Part shown: piece after piece, positions 37,448-48,432 of the stretch
Numbering within the stretch: the stretch's first letter is position 1
Layout: each line of letters starts with the position of its first letter
NCBI GenBank assembly: GCA_036785375.1
Contig: JAWMAR010000252.1
Location: forward strand, 2,666,001 to 2,730,000
Length of the DNA: 64,000 nucleotides
From: Leucoraja ocellata
Taxonomy: Eukaryota
Direction: 5' to 3'
Made by a program: the position numbers and the translations under genes
Notes under the pieces: generated by a model
What the model was told of the DNA's origin: nothing
What the model saw: only the letters and a program-made list of their open reading frames with translations
The model's database searches: none

Positions 37448-39258
37448 GATTGATACAAATACATCGATAGATGCTCCTGAACACATCATCAGTGATGTAA
37501 CCTGGGGTCATTGGGTGCTTTGGGTCTTTCAACAGCAGACACCCTCACCCAGGAAACCCAGCCGTGGTTGATCAGACCACGACGTGTTCAGGTGGCATTC
37601 GCTCCTCCCTATGGACCTCCTCTCCTGATCCAGAGCCATCTCGAGGCCTTCTCCGCTGCCTCAGTGGTGTTCTTGATGGCCCTTCTCCTTGCCACTCTGT
37701 TGATGCCCAGTGCACTCAAGGCTTTGTAGAGCGATTGCCCTGCAAAACCTCTGCAGCCAACCTCGATGGGCATACACCTTGCCTTCCAGCCTTGCTTGCG
37801 GCAGTCTATGACCAGTTCTTCATATTTGGCCATCTTCCTCTCGTGGGCCTCCTCCAGACGGTCCTCCCACGGCACTGTCAGTTCCAACAAGACTATGTTT
37901 TTGGTCGCCTCTGAGACCAGGAGGATGTCTGACCTCAGGGTGGTCGTGGCAATGTGCTGTGGGAACTTCAGCTGTTTCACCAGGTCTACGGAAAGCTGCC
38001 AGTCCTGCGCAGTTGCCAGGATTCCCGATGGACTCCTGGCTGCTGTGGTTAAAGGTGTTCTGGCCGGCTTCCTCTCCACTTCTCCAAACCTTTGCACAGC
38101 TAGCTGATGATGATTGTCGTCATCGTCTGCAACCTTCAGTCCACGTCTCCCTTCACAGTTGCATCTAGCACCTTGTCGACGTCCTCGTCGAACTGATGCC
38201 AGACTGCCGTCTTGCAGGCCTGAGGCCATTTGACTCGAACCTTCTCCGGAGAACTGTTCCGAGGGATTAGTTGTGCCACTTGGAGGCTTCGGGCTGTATG
38301 GGGTGATTCCGGGCCCAGCTCCTCCTGCGTCTCACCAGGTAAAATACCTGTGCGGTGTGACACTCCCTGTCCCTCCAAACACTTCATCCGGGTCGGGTGA
38401 ATCTTCAGGCCTCGGCTGTTCTTGCAAACCTTACCACATCTGCATTTGATACTCATAGTTGGTTGTCCATTGCCATTAGTCGTTAACTTTGATCTGTCCA
38501 ATTGAGGTGCTCATCCTCCCCCCTCTCGGGCACCCCTGGGGGTATTTTTCCATGTGTTTTTCTGTAGCGTGATTTGGGTCTTCTCTTCTCAGAGGATGCG
38601 GTTTGGGCTGCCAACCCATATAACCATATAACAATTACAGCACGGAAACAGGCCATCTCGACCCTTCTAGTCCGTGCCGAACACATAATCTCCCCTAGTC
38701 CCATATACCTGCACTCAGACCATAACCCTCCATTCCCTTCCCATCCATATAACTATCCAATTTATTTTTAAATGATAAAAACGAACCTGCCTCCACCACC
38801 TTCACTGGAAGCTCATTCCACACAGCTACCACTCTCTGAGTAAAGAAGTTCCCCCTCATGTTACCCCTAAACCTCAGTCCCTTAATTCTCATGTCATGTC
38901 CCCTTGTTTGAATCTTCCCTACTCTCAGTGGGAAAAGCTTTTCCACGTCAACTCTGTCTATCCCTCTCATCATTTTAAAAACCTCTATCAAGTCCCCCCT
39001 TAACCTTCTGTGCTCCAAAGAATAAAGCCCTAACTTGTTCAACCTTTCTCTGTAACTCTAGGCAACCCGCCCCGCCCCGGTTGCTGTCTTTCCGAGCTGT
39101 CCACTGTCTCCCCAGTCGTCACCACCCTATTCTTGGTTGTCAACCAGTCTATTCCTAGTCGCCACTGGTTTCACCAGCACAGTGATTGATACAAATACAC
39201 CGATAGATGCTCCTGAACACATCATCAGTGATGTAACCTGGGGTCATTGGGTGTTTCA
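37448..39258 (-). mobile_element. Internally deleted HERO/R2-group non-LTR retrotransposon (N-terminal Zn finger + restriction-like endonuclease, no RT)
   Basis: N-terminal CRCGKVCKN.RGLKIH...C; C-terminal LRSDILL...LLELTVPWED..EEAHERK..KY..L...GW....PIEVGCRGF (PD-(D/E)xK RLE); a CR1 is inserted at 38618-39062. Confidence 0.85.
38618..39062 (-). mobile_element. CR1 3' fragment nested in the HERO-like element
   Basis: LGLYSLEHRRLRGDLIE...FFTQRVVAVWNELP; TSD CAACCC at 38612-38617 / 39063-39068. Confidence 0.88.
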
Positions 39259-39357
39259 GATTTCACATACATGTTATGAGCAATTTACAGTAATGACAAA
39301 TAAGTCTAAGATTTCTCAGCAATCTAAAACAACAATTGTGAGCTGAAATGTCTTTGA

Positions 39358-39570
<213 letters not shown>

Positions 39571-41029
39571 TGAAAGGTCTGATTCAATTTGAAAAGCAGT
39601 CTTTTCACTGCAGAATATGCATGGCAGGATATTTTAAACATGTTATGTGACTTAAGGGAAACCCCCACATTTTGCAGCTGTCCCAAATGCAGATTAGAGT
39701 GTAAGATAATGTTAATTTGGTGTAAAGATAATGTTAACATGAACATTCATTATAAACGCACCTCATCAAAATCTTATGTCATTTCATTAATTATTTAGAT
39801 CATTAGAACTTGCACATATCATTTCTGACACCACATTTTTACAATTTTTACAGTATGGTTTATCTTGCTTTCAAAAAGATATTGCAGTTTTTTTTCCAAA
39901 GTCAGAAAGTGGCAAGGGTGATGCTTGGGTAGATCAACTATGCCCATTATGTGAAGAATGAGAGTTCACGGATCTGTGAGGTGAAATTAGAGTAACAAAT
40001 CAAAAGCACTCGAAAATCTGAAAAAATGCTGAAAATGCCGAACAGTTCTATCTGTATTCAGGGAGAGGGAAACAGTAGTTGAGAGAGGATATAAGGTTTT
40101 AGAGTGTGACAGATCTGTTCGGGGATCTTTGAAACACGTGTGAGAACAATAGTTTTGGGACAAATGCGAAGAGTTCTGGAAAACACATGATAATGATTAT
40201 GTTAGATGTGGAACAATCTGATGTTTTTGCTTCCACATGAGAATAGACAAGGTAATGCTTGTAAGCTTCACTGATGAGCTAAAAGTAATAGGAGCTAAGA
40301 AGGTTTTATAATGCAAAACCAAGGAGTATAAATGACTCAGTGCAGAGAAAGGACTGGGCAAGGGAAGGTAAAGCCTATAAATTCCTCAAATGGACACTAC
40401 AAGATCAGAAAAGAAGCTCTGATAATTAACATATGAAGAACAACCCTATTGATCCACATGAGAAGGAGGTGACATTTTTGTTTGAGATAGAGCATGGAAA
40501 CAGGCCCTTCGGCCCATCGAATCCACGTTGACCATTGATCACCCGTTCACACTAGTTCTGTGTTATCCCACTTTCTCAGCCACTCCCTACACATTAGGGG
40601 CAATTTTATAGAGGCCAATTGACCTACAAACCTGCAAATCCTTGGGATGTACGAGGAAACTGGAGCACCCGGAGGAAACCCACATCGTCATGGAGAGAAC
40701 GTGCAAATAGCACACAGATTGGACCCGAGGTCCGGATCGAACCTGTGTCTCTGGTGCTGTGAGGCAGCAGCTACCAGCTGCATCATTGGAGGGTAGTGAT
40801 AGTGTATGGGGTGATTGCTGGTTGGTGTGAACTTGGTTGGCTGCAGCACCTGTTTCCGCTCTGTATCTCTAACGTCTAAAGTCAGGAACTCGTGCAACTG
40901 TATGAAACGTTTGTGTGGCCACATTTGTAGTAGTGTCTGCTGTTCTGATTGCCCCATTACAGAAATAATGTGGAGGCTTTAGAAAAGGTGCAATCGAGAT
41001 TCACTAGAATGCAGCCTGGATCAGACAGT

Positions 41030-41397
41030 GTGTTCAAATTAATTTTTTTTAATGAGGGGATGAGGGCCAGGAGAATAGAATGCGCGGAGGCGGCGGAGAG
41101 TGTCTGAGGTGTCTTGAACATAGGAAGGGATTTGACCAAGGGGGATAGGATGGAGTCAAGGTATGTGGAGATGAGTTCGGTGGGGCACGAACAGGCAGAG
41201 ACAATGTGTCTACCGGGACAGTCAGGTTCGTGGATTTTGGGGAGAAGGTAAAAACGGGCCGTGCGGGGCTGGGGAACGATGAGGTTGGATTGTCTGAGGG
41301 TCAGTCTGAAGAAGGGTTTCGGCCCAAAACGTTACCTATTTCCTTCGCTCCATAGATGCTGCTGCACCCGCTGAGTTTCTCCAGCATTTTTGTGTAC
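41030..41397. mobile_element. Penelope-derived insertion in an old CR1
   Basis: 15-bp TSD CCTGGATCAGACAGT (41015-41029 / 41398-41412); inverted RT scrap + terminal repeat with ctgaagaagggtttcggcccaaaac. Confidence 0.75.
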
Positions 41398-41839
41398 CCT
41401 GGATCAGACAGTATTGGCCATAAGGAGAGGTGTGACATTTTTTCTCTGGACCGTTGGAGGCTGAGGGGAGATGTGACAGGAACATATAAAATTAGGAGAA
41501 GCATAGATTGGGTAAATTATAGGATTTTTTTCTCACGGTGAAAATGTCAAATACCAGAATACATAGCTTTAAATTGAGAGGGGAAAATTTTACCCCTACA
41601 TGTTTGATTTTACACAGAATGCTGGGTGCCTGGAATGCACTGCCAAGGGTGATGGGGAAAGCAATAAGTGGCATTTACGCAGCATTTAGACAGGTACATG
41701 AACATGCAGTGAATGAAGGGATATGGATCAGATATCAATGATATGGATCATATAACATCCCTGTGATATCATATGAATCATATGAGGATCGCTCATGTGT
41801 TCCTCATGGATCAAGAGGGATATGGATCATATGATCATA

Positions 41840-42460
41840 TATGGCTGCCTCGCCAACAGTCTGTCCCTTCTCTTTATAGTGTGTCTTAAATGTATGTTCT
41901 AGTGTTCTTTAGCTGGTTTTATGTGGGTGAGGAGGGTTGGGGGAAACTTAAAAAAAATCTCTTGCCTCGACGGAGACGCAATTTTTTTCCCATATCGTAT
42001 CGCCGTCCGCCCTGCGGCCTAACATCGTGGAGTTGGCGGCCTTTGCTGGAGGCCGACTTCGGGAGCTCCAACCGTGGAGCCTGCGGGACTTAACATTATA
42101 ACATCACTGGTCCCTGGTTAGAGACTGACTTCAGGAGCTCCAAACTACGGGAGCATCGACCGCCCCGACGTGGGAGCTTCGACCACCCCGATGCGGAGGT
42201 TTCAATCGCCGACTGCAGTAGCTTTGATCACCTCGACTGCGGATGGTTCGACTGCTACGACCATGGGAGAAAAATGAGGGAAGAAGATTAGACCTTATTT
42301 CCTTCCATTACAGTGAGGAATGTGGGGAATTGTCTGTGATGGATGCTTTTGTTAACTTTTATGTAGTTGTGCGTCTTGTTGCTTTTTTTTAGTATGGCTA
42401 TATGGTAATACGAATATCACTGTACCTTAATTGGTACAATAAAATACCTTTGAAACTTGT
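41840..42460 (+). mobile_element. Non-coding GC-rich retroposon (same head family as 35369-36115)
   Basis: atggctgcctcgccaacagtctgt head; internal ~22-bp repeats cgaccgccccgacgtgggagctt; tacaataaa tail. Confidence 0.65.
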
Positions 42461-42821
42461 GACCATATAAGGATCATATTAGATACCTCATATTAATGAT
42501 CATATGAGGTATCATTAAACAGATATCATTTAATAATGTCTGTTATTATCATTAAACAGATGGAGTTAGTTTAATTTGGCATTGTGGATGGCAAAAGCAT
42601 AGTAGGCCAAAGGCCCTGCCACTCTGCTTTAATCTTCTATCTGCTTGGAACAGCAAGGTGGCAGGATTTGCCAGAAGGATTTAAATCTATCAAAAGTATT
42701 GAGTGGATTGACTGATAAAAAAACATAGATTCCATCAGCAGAGCAGTTTAGAATGAGAGGATAAAGTTGATTAATGTTAGTGAGGACAAACTTTTACAAG
42801 GTGATTGATTGGGATATGGAA

Positions 42822-43017
42822 GGGGTGGGAGATTACAACCTTCACGTGGTCCGCCCTGTTTCCACGAATAAGGAATAAGTAAGTAAGTAAGTTTATTGGC
42901 CAAGTATTCACATACAAGGAATTTTATTGCAGTCAACCTGGCGTGTACAATCAAATAAGATCAAATAGAACAAGTTGTCCTACAACTTTAGACTGTGCAT
43001 GTCATACGCAAGGAGAA
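42822..43017 (+). mobile_element. ~135-bp GAA-tailed SINE-like element, copy 2, with a nested LINE tail
   Basis: TSD GGATATGGAA (42812-42821 / 43018-43027); (taag)n-tttattggccaagtat insert at about 42870-42927. Confidence 0.75.
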
Positions 43018-43743
43018 GGATATGGAATACATTGCCTGCGTTACAGCGGATACAGATTTGGTTGTGGCATTGAACATGTACGTGGATAAATATCTGAAAG
43101 AATTAACAGAACTATGGATGAGGCAAGGGAAATAAGGTTTCATGTTGAGTGGCCTCCTGTGCTGTAACCATTCTGTGGTTTTACATTTCATAATTATATC
43201 TATTCCATTGTGGTTACGGCTGTGCCTAGGGATTGGTGGTAAAGACGGGAATTTTTAAGACTTCTTAGTCCTGACATTCCTTTAATGTACAGTGCCCTCC
43301 ATAGTGTTTTGGACAAAAAACGATCATTTATTTATTTGCCTCTGTACTCCGTAATTTGAGATTTGAAATAGAAAAAAAAATCACATGTGGTTAAAGTGCA
43401 CATTGTCAGATTTTATTAAAGGCCATTTTTATACATTTTGGCGTCACCATGTAGAAATTACAGCTGTGTTTACACATAGTCCCCCATTTCAGGACACCAT
43501 AATGTTTGGGACACATGGCTTCACAGGTGTTTGTAATTGCTCAGGTATGTTCAAATACCTCCTAAATGCAGGTACAAGAGAGCTCTCAGCACCTAGTCTT
43601 TCCTCCAGTCTTTCCCTCACCTTTGGAAACTTTTATTGCTGTTTATCAACAGGAGGACAAAAGTTGTGCCAATGAAAGTCAAAGAAGCCATTATGAGACT
43701 GAGAAACAAGAATAAAACTGTTAGAGACATCAGTCAAACCTTA

Positions 43744-43959
43744 CGCCCCTGTCCCAATTAGGAAACCTGAACGGAAACCTCTGGAGACTTTGCGGCTCAC
43801 CCAAGGTTTCCGTGCGGTTGCAGGTGGTTGCCGGAGGTTGCAGGTAGTGGAAGCAGGTAGGGAGACTGACAAAAACCTCCGGGAACCGCGTGGAAACCTT
43901 GGATGGGGCGCAAAGTCTCCAGAGGTTTCCGTTCAGGTTTCCTAAATGGGACAGGGGCA
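43744..43959. mobile_element. Palindromic Harbinger-like MITE nested in Tc1
   Basis: gcccctgtcccaattaggaaacctgaacggaaacctctggagactttgcg ... and its reverse complement; TTA/TAA flanks at a site reading caaaccttaggc in the uninterrupted Tc1. Confidence 0.85.
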
Positions 43960-44320
43960 TAAGGCTTACCAAACTCAACTGTTTGGGGCATCATTACGAA
44001 GAAAGAGATGGTGAGCTTACTAATCGCAAAGGGACTGGCAGGTCAAGGAAGACCTCCACCTCACGCTGATGACAGAAGAATTATCTCTATAATAATGAAA
44101 AATCCCCAAACACCTGTCCGACAGATCAGAAACACTCTTAAGGAGGTAGGTGTAGATTTGTCAATGACCACTGTCTGCAGAAACAGAAATATAGAGGCTA
44201 CACTGCAAGATGCAAACCACTGGTTAGCCGCAAAAATAGGATGGCCAGGTTACGGTTTGCCAAGAAGTACTTAAAAGAGCAACCACAGTTCTGGAAAAAG
44301 GTCTTGTGGCCAGATGAGAC

Positions 44321-44466
44321 TTCTTCTTCTTCTTCTTGCGTATGGCGTGCACAGCCTAAAGTTGTAGAACAACTTGTTCTATATGATCTTATTTGATTTT
44401 GCATGCCGGGTTGATTGCATTCGTCGAAATAGGGCGGACCACGTGAAGGTTGCAATCTTCCACCCC
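44321..44466 (-). mobile_element. GAA-tailed SINE-like element, copy 3, nested in Tc1
   Basis: (ttc)n tail; duplication of cagatg(a/g)gac on both sides. Confidence 0.78.
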
Positions 44467-46519
44467 AGACAGATGGGACGAAGATTAACTTATATCAAAG
44501 TTATGGCACGAGCGAAGTATGGAGGAGAGAAAGAGCCCAAGATCCAAAGATTACCACCTCATCTGTAAAACACAGTGGTGGGAGTGTTATGGCCTGGGCA
44601 TGTTTGGCGATTTAAGGAATTCGCTCACTTATCTTCATTGATGATACAACTGCTAATGAATTCTTAAGTGTTTCGACACATCCTATCTGCTCAAGTTCAA
44701 ACAAATGCCTCAAACTCGTTGGCTGGCAGGTCATTCTACAGCAAGACCATGATCCCAAATATACTGCTAAAGCAACAAAGGAGTTTTTCAAAGCTAAAAA
44801 ATGGTAAATTCTTGAGTGGCCAAGTCAATCACCTGATCTGAACCCAATTGAGCATGCCTTTTATACGCTGAAGAGAAAACTGAAGGGGACTAGCCCCCAG
44901 AACAAGCATAAGTTAAAGATGGCTGCAATACAGGTCTGGCAAAGCATCACCTGAGAAGACACCCAGCAACTGGTGATGTCCATGAATCGCAGACTTCAAG
45001 CAGTCATTACGTGCAAAGGATATGCAACAAAATACTAAACATGACTACTTTCATTGACATGACATTACTGTGTCCCAAACATTATGGTGTCCTGAAATGG
45101 GGGACTATGTGTAAACACAGCTGTAAATTCTACATGGTGATACCAAAATGTATAAAAATGGCTTTTAATAAAATCTGACAATGTGCACTTTAACCATATG
45201 TGATTTTTTTTCTATTACAAATCTCAAATTGTGGAGTACAGAGGCATATAAATAAATGATGGGTCTTTGTCCCAAACATAATGGAGGGCACTGTATGTTA
45301 TGCCTGATGTCTATGTGGGTGGTTATCTATGCAGGTGGATAAGAACACCCTTGGGGAGGGTCCCTGAGTCCCATCGGAAATTCTGTGATTTGGGTTGAGT
45401 TAGTTATTTTGGATAGGTATCCATTGCTATCAAGCAACTAAGGAGTTCAACTCCACTGTATGAAAGAGCCATATTGCCGGATAGTTGGATTCATCTTGCC
45501 TGTTGAAGTTCCCTGCAGAAATGTGAACAATCTTGAGTTTTAAAACACACTGAAAACTGAAGACGTGTTCCGACCCGAAACGTCACCCATCCTTTTTCTT
45601 CAGAGATGCTGCCGGACGCGCTGAGTTTCTACAACACTTTGTGTCTATCTTGAGTTTTACATTTCTTGCTTTCCCAAGGGCAGCTGATTGCTCTGAAATA
45701 TTTACAACTTGCCTTATGTCAGCCTCTTTAACATTGAAACAAATGGCACTTCAGAGATGTACCAAAAGAAAGCAATTATCAGCTAAAGGACAGCTTCCTA
45801 AATGATTAGGCATTCCATCATCATCCTGTTTTCAGGTTAATTGAAATCCTATTGAAAATATGACAACAGTCTCCTTTTGTAATATTTTAGGTATGATTGA
45901 CTTTGAAAGGAACAGTTTGCAGCAATAGTAAATTTACTCAAATAAAAATATTAACAATGTAAAAACTAGTGCTTGGTTACATTTTTATTCCTACATTAGC
46001 AATGTAGAAATTAATAGTTTCATTTTCATTTTAGATTCTCTTTGTAAGCCACACTTGTTGCTGCAATTATCTTTAAACAAAGAAAGTACCGATTTCAGAT
46101 TTCGTTGGTGGGACCTTTTGTGCATTTTGTGACATGTTGTACTTTTTGGTGTGAACTGTTTCAGTTCAGAAGGGGGGGGGGGGGGGGGGTGGCCAACACA
46201 ACAATTAATTAATTACATACGCACAACAATTAAGCACAACCTTGTCAGTCGTGCATTCACAGGGGTTGAAAATGCAGAAGCCACTGCCAGTTGAACACAG
46301 ACACAGTCCATACTACTGGGATCAGATGTTGGAGGAGACTGTACCAGGTGCTACTATGACACCAACTGCCGTGAAGATTGAAGATTACTCCTGTTGGAGA
46401 CATCTGATACTGTAAATGGAGGAGAACCAAGAAAGGACAATGGGGCTATTGACCCTACTTTTTATCATGTGGTTGGCCCATGATGGGCTGGACTTGGGGA
46501 ACCACCCCTGCACCAAAAC

Positions 46520-46573
46520 ATCCTGAATAAGGTTGACAACTGTCCTTACGTTTATAACAATGACAAAGATGGA
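46520..46573 (+). pseudogene. Thrombospondin type-3 repeat fragment ([18 protein letters not shown])
   Basis: Matches the THBS1/2 DNCPYVYN.D repeat that lies upstream of the part found at 51274; short. Confidence 0.6.
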
Positions 46574-46594
46574 TCCATTGCCACAGGTTCTTGA

Positions 46595-46742
46595 AACAAC
46601 CATGAAAAGATGGCAGCTTATCCTGGAGCTACAGACCGAGCTGAAACAGAGGAGAAATGTGCTCACCAATGCCCAGTCTGAAAATGACCATCTTGTTTCC
46701 ATCACACAGCAGCTGAAGGAGAGCAATCAGGTTGTTGAGTTG
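46595..46742 (+). pseudogene. BICD2: BICD2 processed fragment (NHEKMAA / [40 protein letters not shown])
   Basis: Close match to recalled BICD2 NHKKVAA...[40 protein letters not shown], with an internal deletion. Confidence 0.85.
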
Positions 46743-46926
46743 AAAAACCTTGATTTTGGAGTGCAACTCAGTCACAGAACTGGATGGAGGTAATTCCCAG
46801 CCGGGATCAAAGTGAGGAGCTGAGTTGGGATGGATCAGACAACCAGTTGGCATTGATGGAGAAGTAAGAAAAATGCTGGTTTCACACGCTGATGGACAAC
46901 TTGGGAGGAAGAACAACTTGATTTGT

Positions 46927-47300
46927 GAAAAGCAACTACATTAGTGATGAATGTGGACAGACTTTCAAACAGCAGAAACACTTGTCAGTTCAACAAATGA
47001 GCCATACTGGAGCAAAACCTTTGCAGTGTGAAGTTTGTGGTTCCCAGTGCAGGCAGAGAGCATCCTTGAAATACCATATGACCAAGCACAAGGCAGAAGC
47101 CAAACTTGAATTTGCTTGTGACCAATGTGAGTAGCGGTTCGAGAAAGCTCACAATTTGAATGTTCATATGTCCATGGTTCATCCCTTGACCCAGAATACA
47201 GATAAAAACAAACCTATTGAAATTGAATCGTCAGCTAAGTATAGAAACATTAATTAAGCAGGAACCCAGTTAATAGTTATTCAACGGCTAAATGATGAGT
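46927..47300 (+). pseudogene. ZNF276: ZNF276 processed fragment, C-terminal zinc fingers
   Basis: NYISDECGQTFKQQKHL...GAKPLQCEVCG.QCRQRASLKYHMTKHKAE..LEFACDQCE*RFEKAHNLNVHMSMVHPLTQ; in-frame stop at 47131; no introns. Confidence 0.9.
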
Positions 47301-47543
47301 AAAGAATCTTGCACCCTTTTTCAATGTCAGCAAGACACAAAGGATTAGCATGAATAAATGCAATCAAGCCCGGCTCATCTCAAATAGGTAGAGCAATGGA
47401 AAGGTTAGTGTGGAGAATATAGTTCTGAGTATTATAACACACCAGTTAGAGAGACAAAGTCCAATGTCTGCAATAGGATAGAGGTGAATCAGGCAGAATC
47501 CTCGCAATTGGAAGGACTGTTCAGAACTCTGATAACAGAGGGC

Positions 47544-48348
47544 CAGTTACATCCTGGACATGCATTCAAGTCGCAGCATTGTTTTGAATGAGGGACAGTG
47601 CCCATCCAGTAGAATTAAGGACTCAATGGATGGTTCAATAACCCTTTCACCTTGGAATGGAACAGTGAGTTAAAATGGTGATGGTGATAATGTTGCGAAG
47701 CATCACCCTGTCCCAGTGTTAGCAGACTTTCAGTCTTGTACATAGAGTGGAGCCACTTCGCAGTCAGTGGATGTGGACAACTGGGAATCCCCATTGAAAA
47801 AGGATATGTTCTTGTGCTCAGATCCTGAATATACAGAGTATTCTTGAGAAAAAGTTCAGGTACAAGATGCAATTCAACCATTAAATGTGAAAAAAACAGT
47901 TAACTGCAATGAAGCAACTTTTCTATAAGAAACGATGTTATAGACAGATTGGAGTCCAGTGATCTTTCTGAAAGGTATTTATCAAGTGAAGATGACAGAG
48001 AAATAAAAGTTAAGAATGGCTCATCAGATGAGTCTTTTCAACCATATTGGAAGAAGAAGATTAAGTTACCAGTTAAGAAGTGCAATATTAAGGATGTGAA
48101 GATACAATCTGGACAAAAACGTGGCTGGAAACCAAAGTCAAACTTGGAAAGGGAAGATTTCCCCACCGTGTATCGATGTCAGTATAAGGGTTGCTGTGCT
48201 GTTTACAGAGGAGTTGACGGGCTTATGAAACGCATAAAAGAGCAGCAGGAAGAGGTGCGTGAAAGACCTTGCCCCACCCAGGATGTAACAAGGTGTTTCT
48301 GATTGATCGCTACCTGCAGCGCCATGTAAAGCTGATCCATACAGAAGA
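47544..48348 (+). pseudogene. ZNF276: ZNF276 processed fragment, middle region and first zinc fingers
   Basis: SDLSE...SSDESFQPY...EREDFPTVYRCQYKGCCAVYRGVDG...EEVRERPCP/HPGCNKVFLIDRYLQRHVKLIHTE with frameshifts; left edge approximate. Confidence 0.88.
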
Positions 48349-48432
48349 AAGAACATCTTTGCAGATCAGGAGGAAGTGCAAAGTTTTTGGTCACAACTTT
48401 GGAAAGACAAACCACATTTGATCAACAATCTT

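Larger units (their letters stand above)
43290..45293 (+). mobile_element. Tc1/mariner transposon, defective (copy 2) with long IR/DR-type TIRs
   Basis: TA-CAGTGCCCTCC...GGAGGGCACTG-TA; TIRs of roughly 230 bp; DDE motifs (W.DET, QQDHDPK, WPSQSPDLNPIE); two nested insertions. Confidence 0.93.

Noticed and set aside
45296-46200. Possible 5' LTR and primer-binding site for the cassette
   Set aside because: No visible similarity to 52155-52725 and no TGG-led match to a tRNA 3' end that I can recognise.
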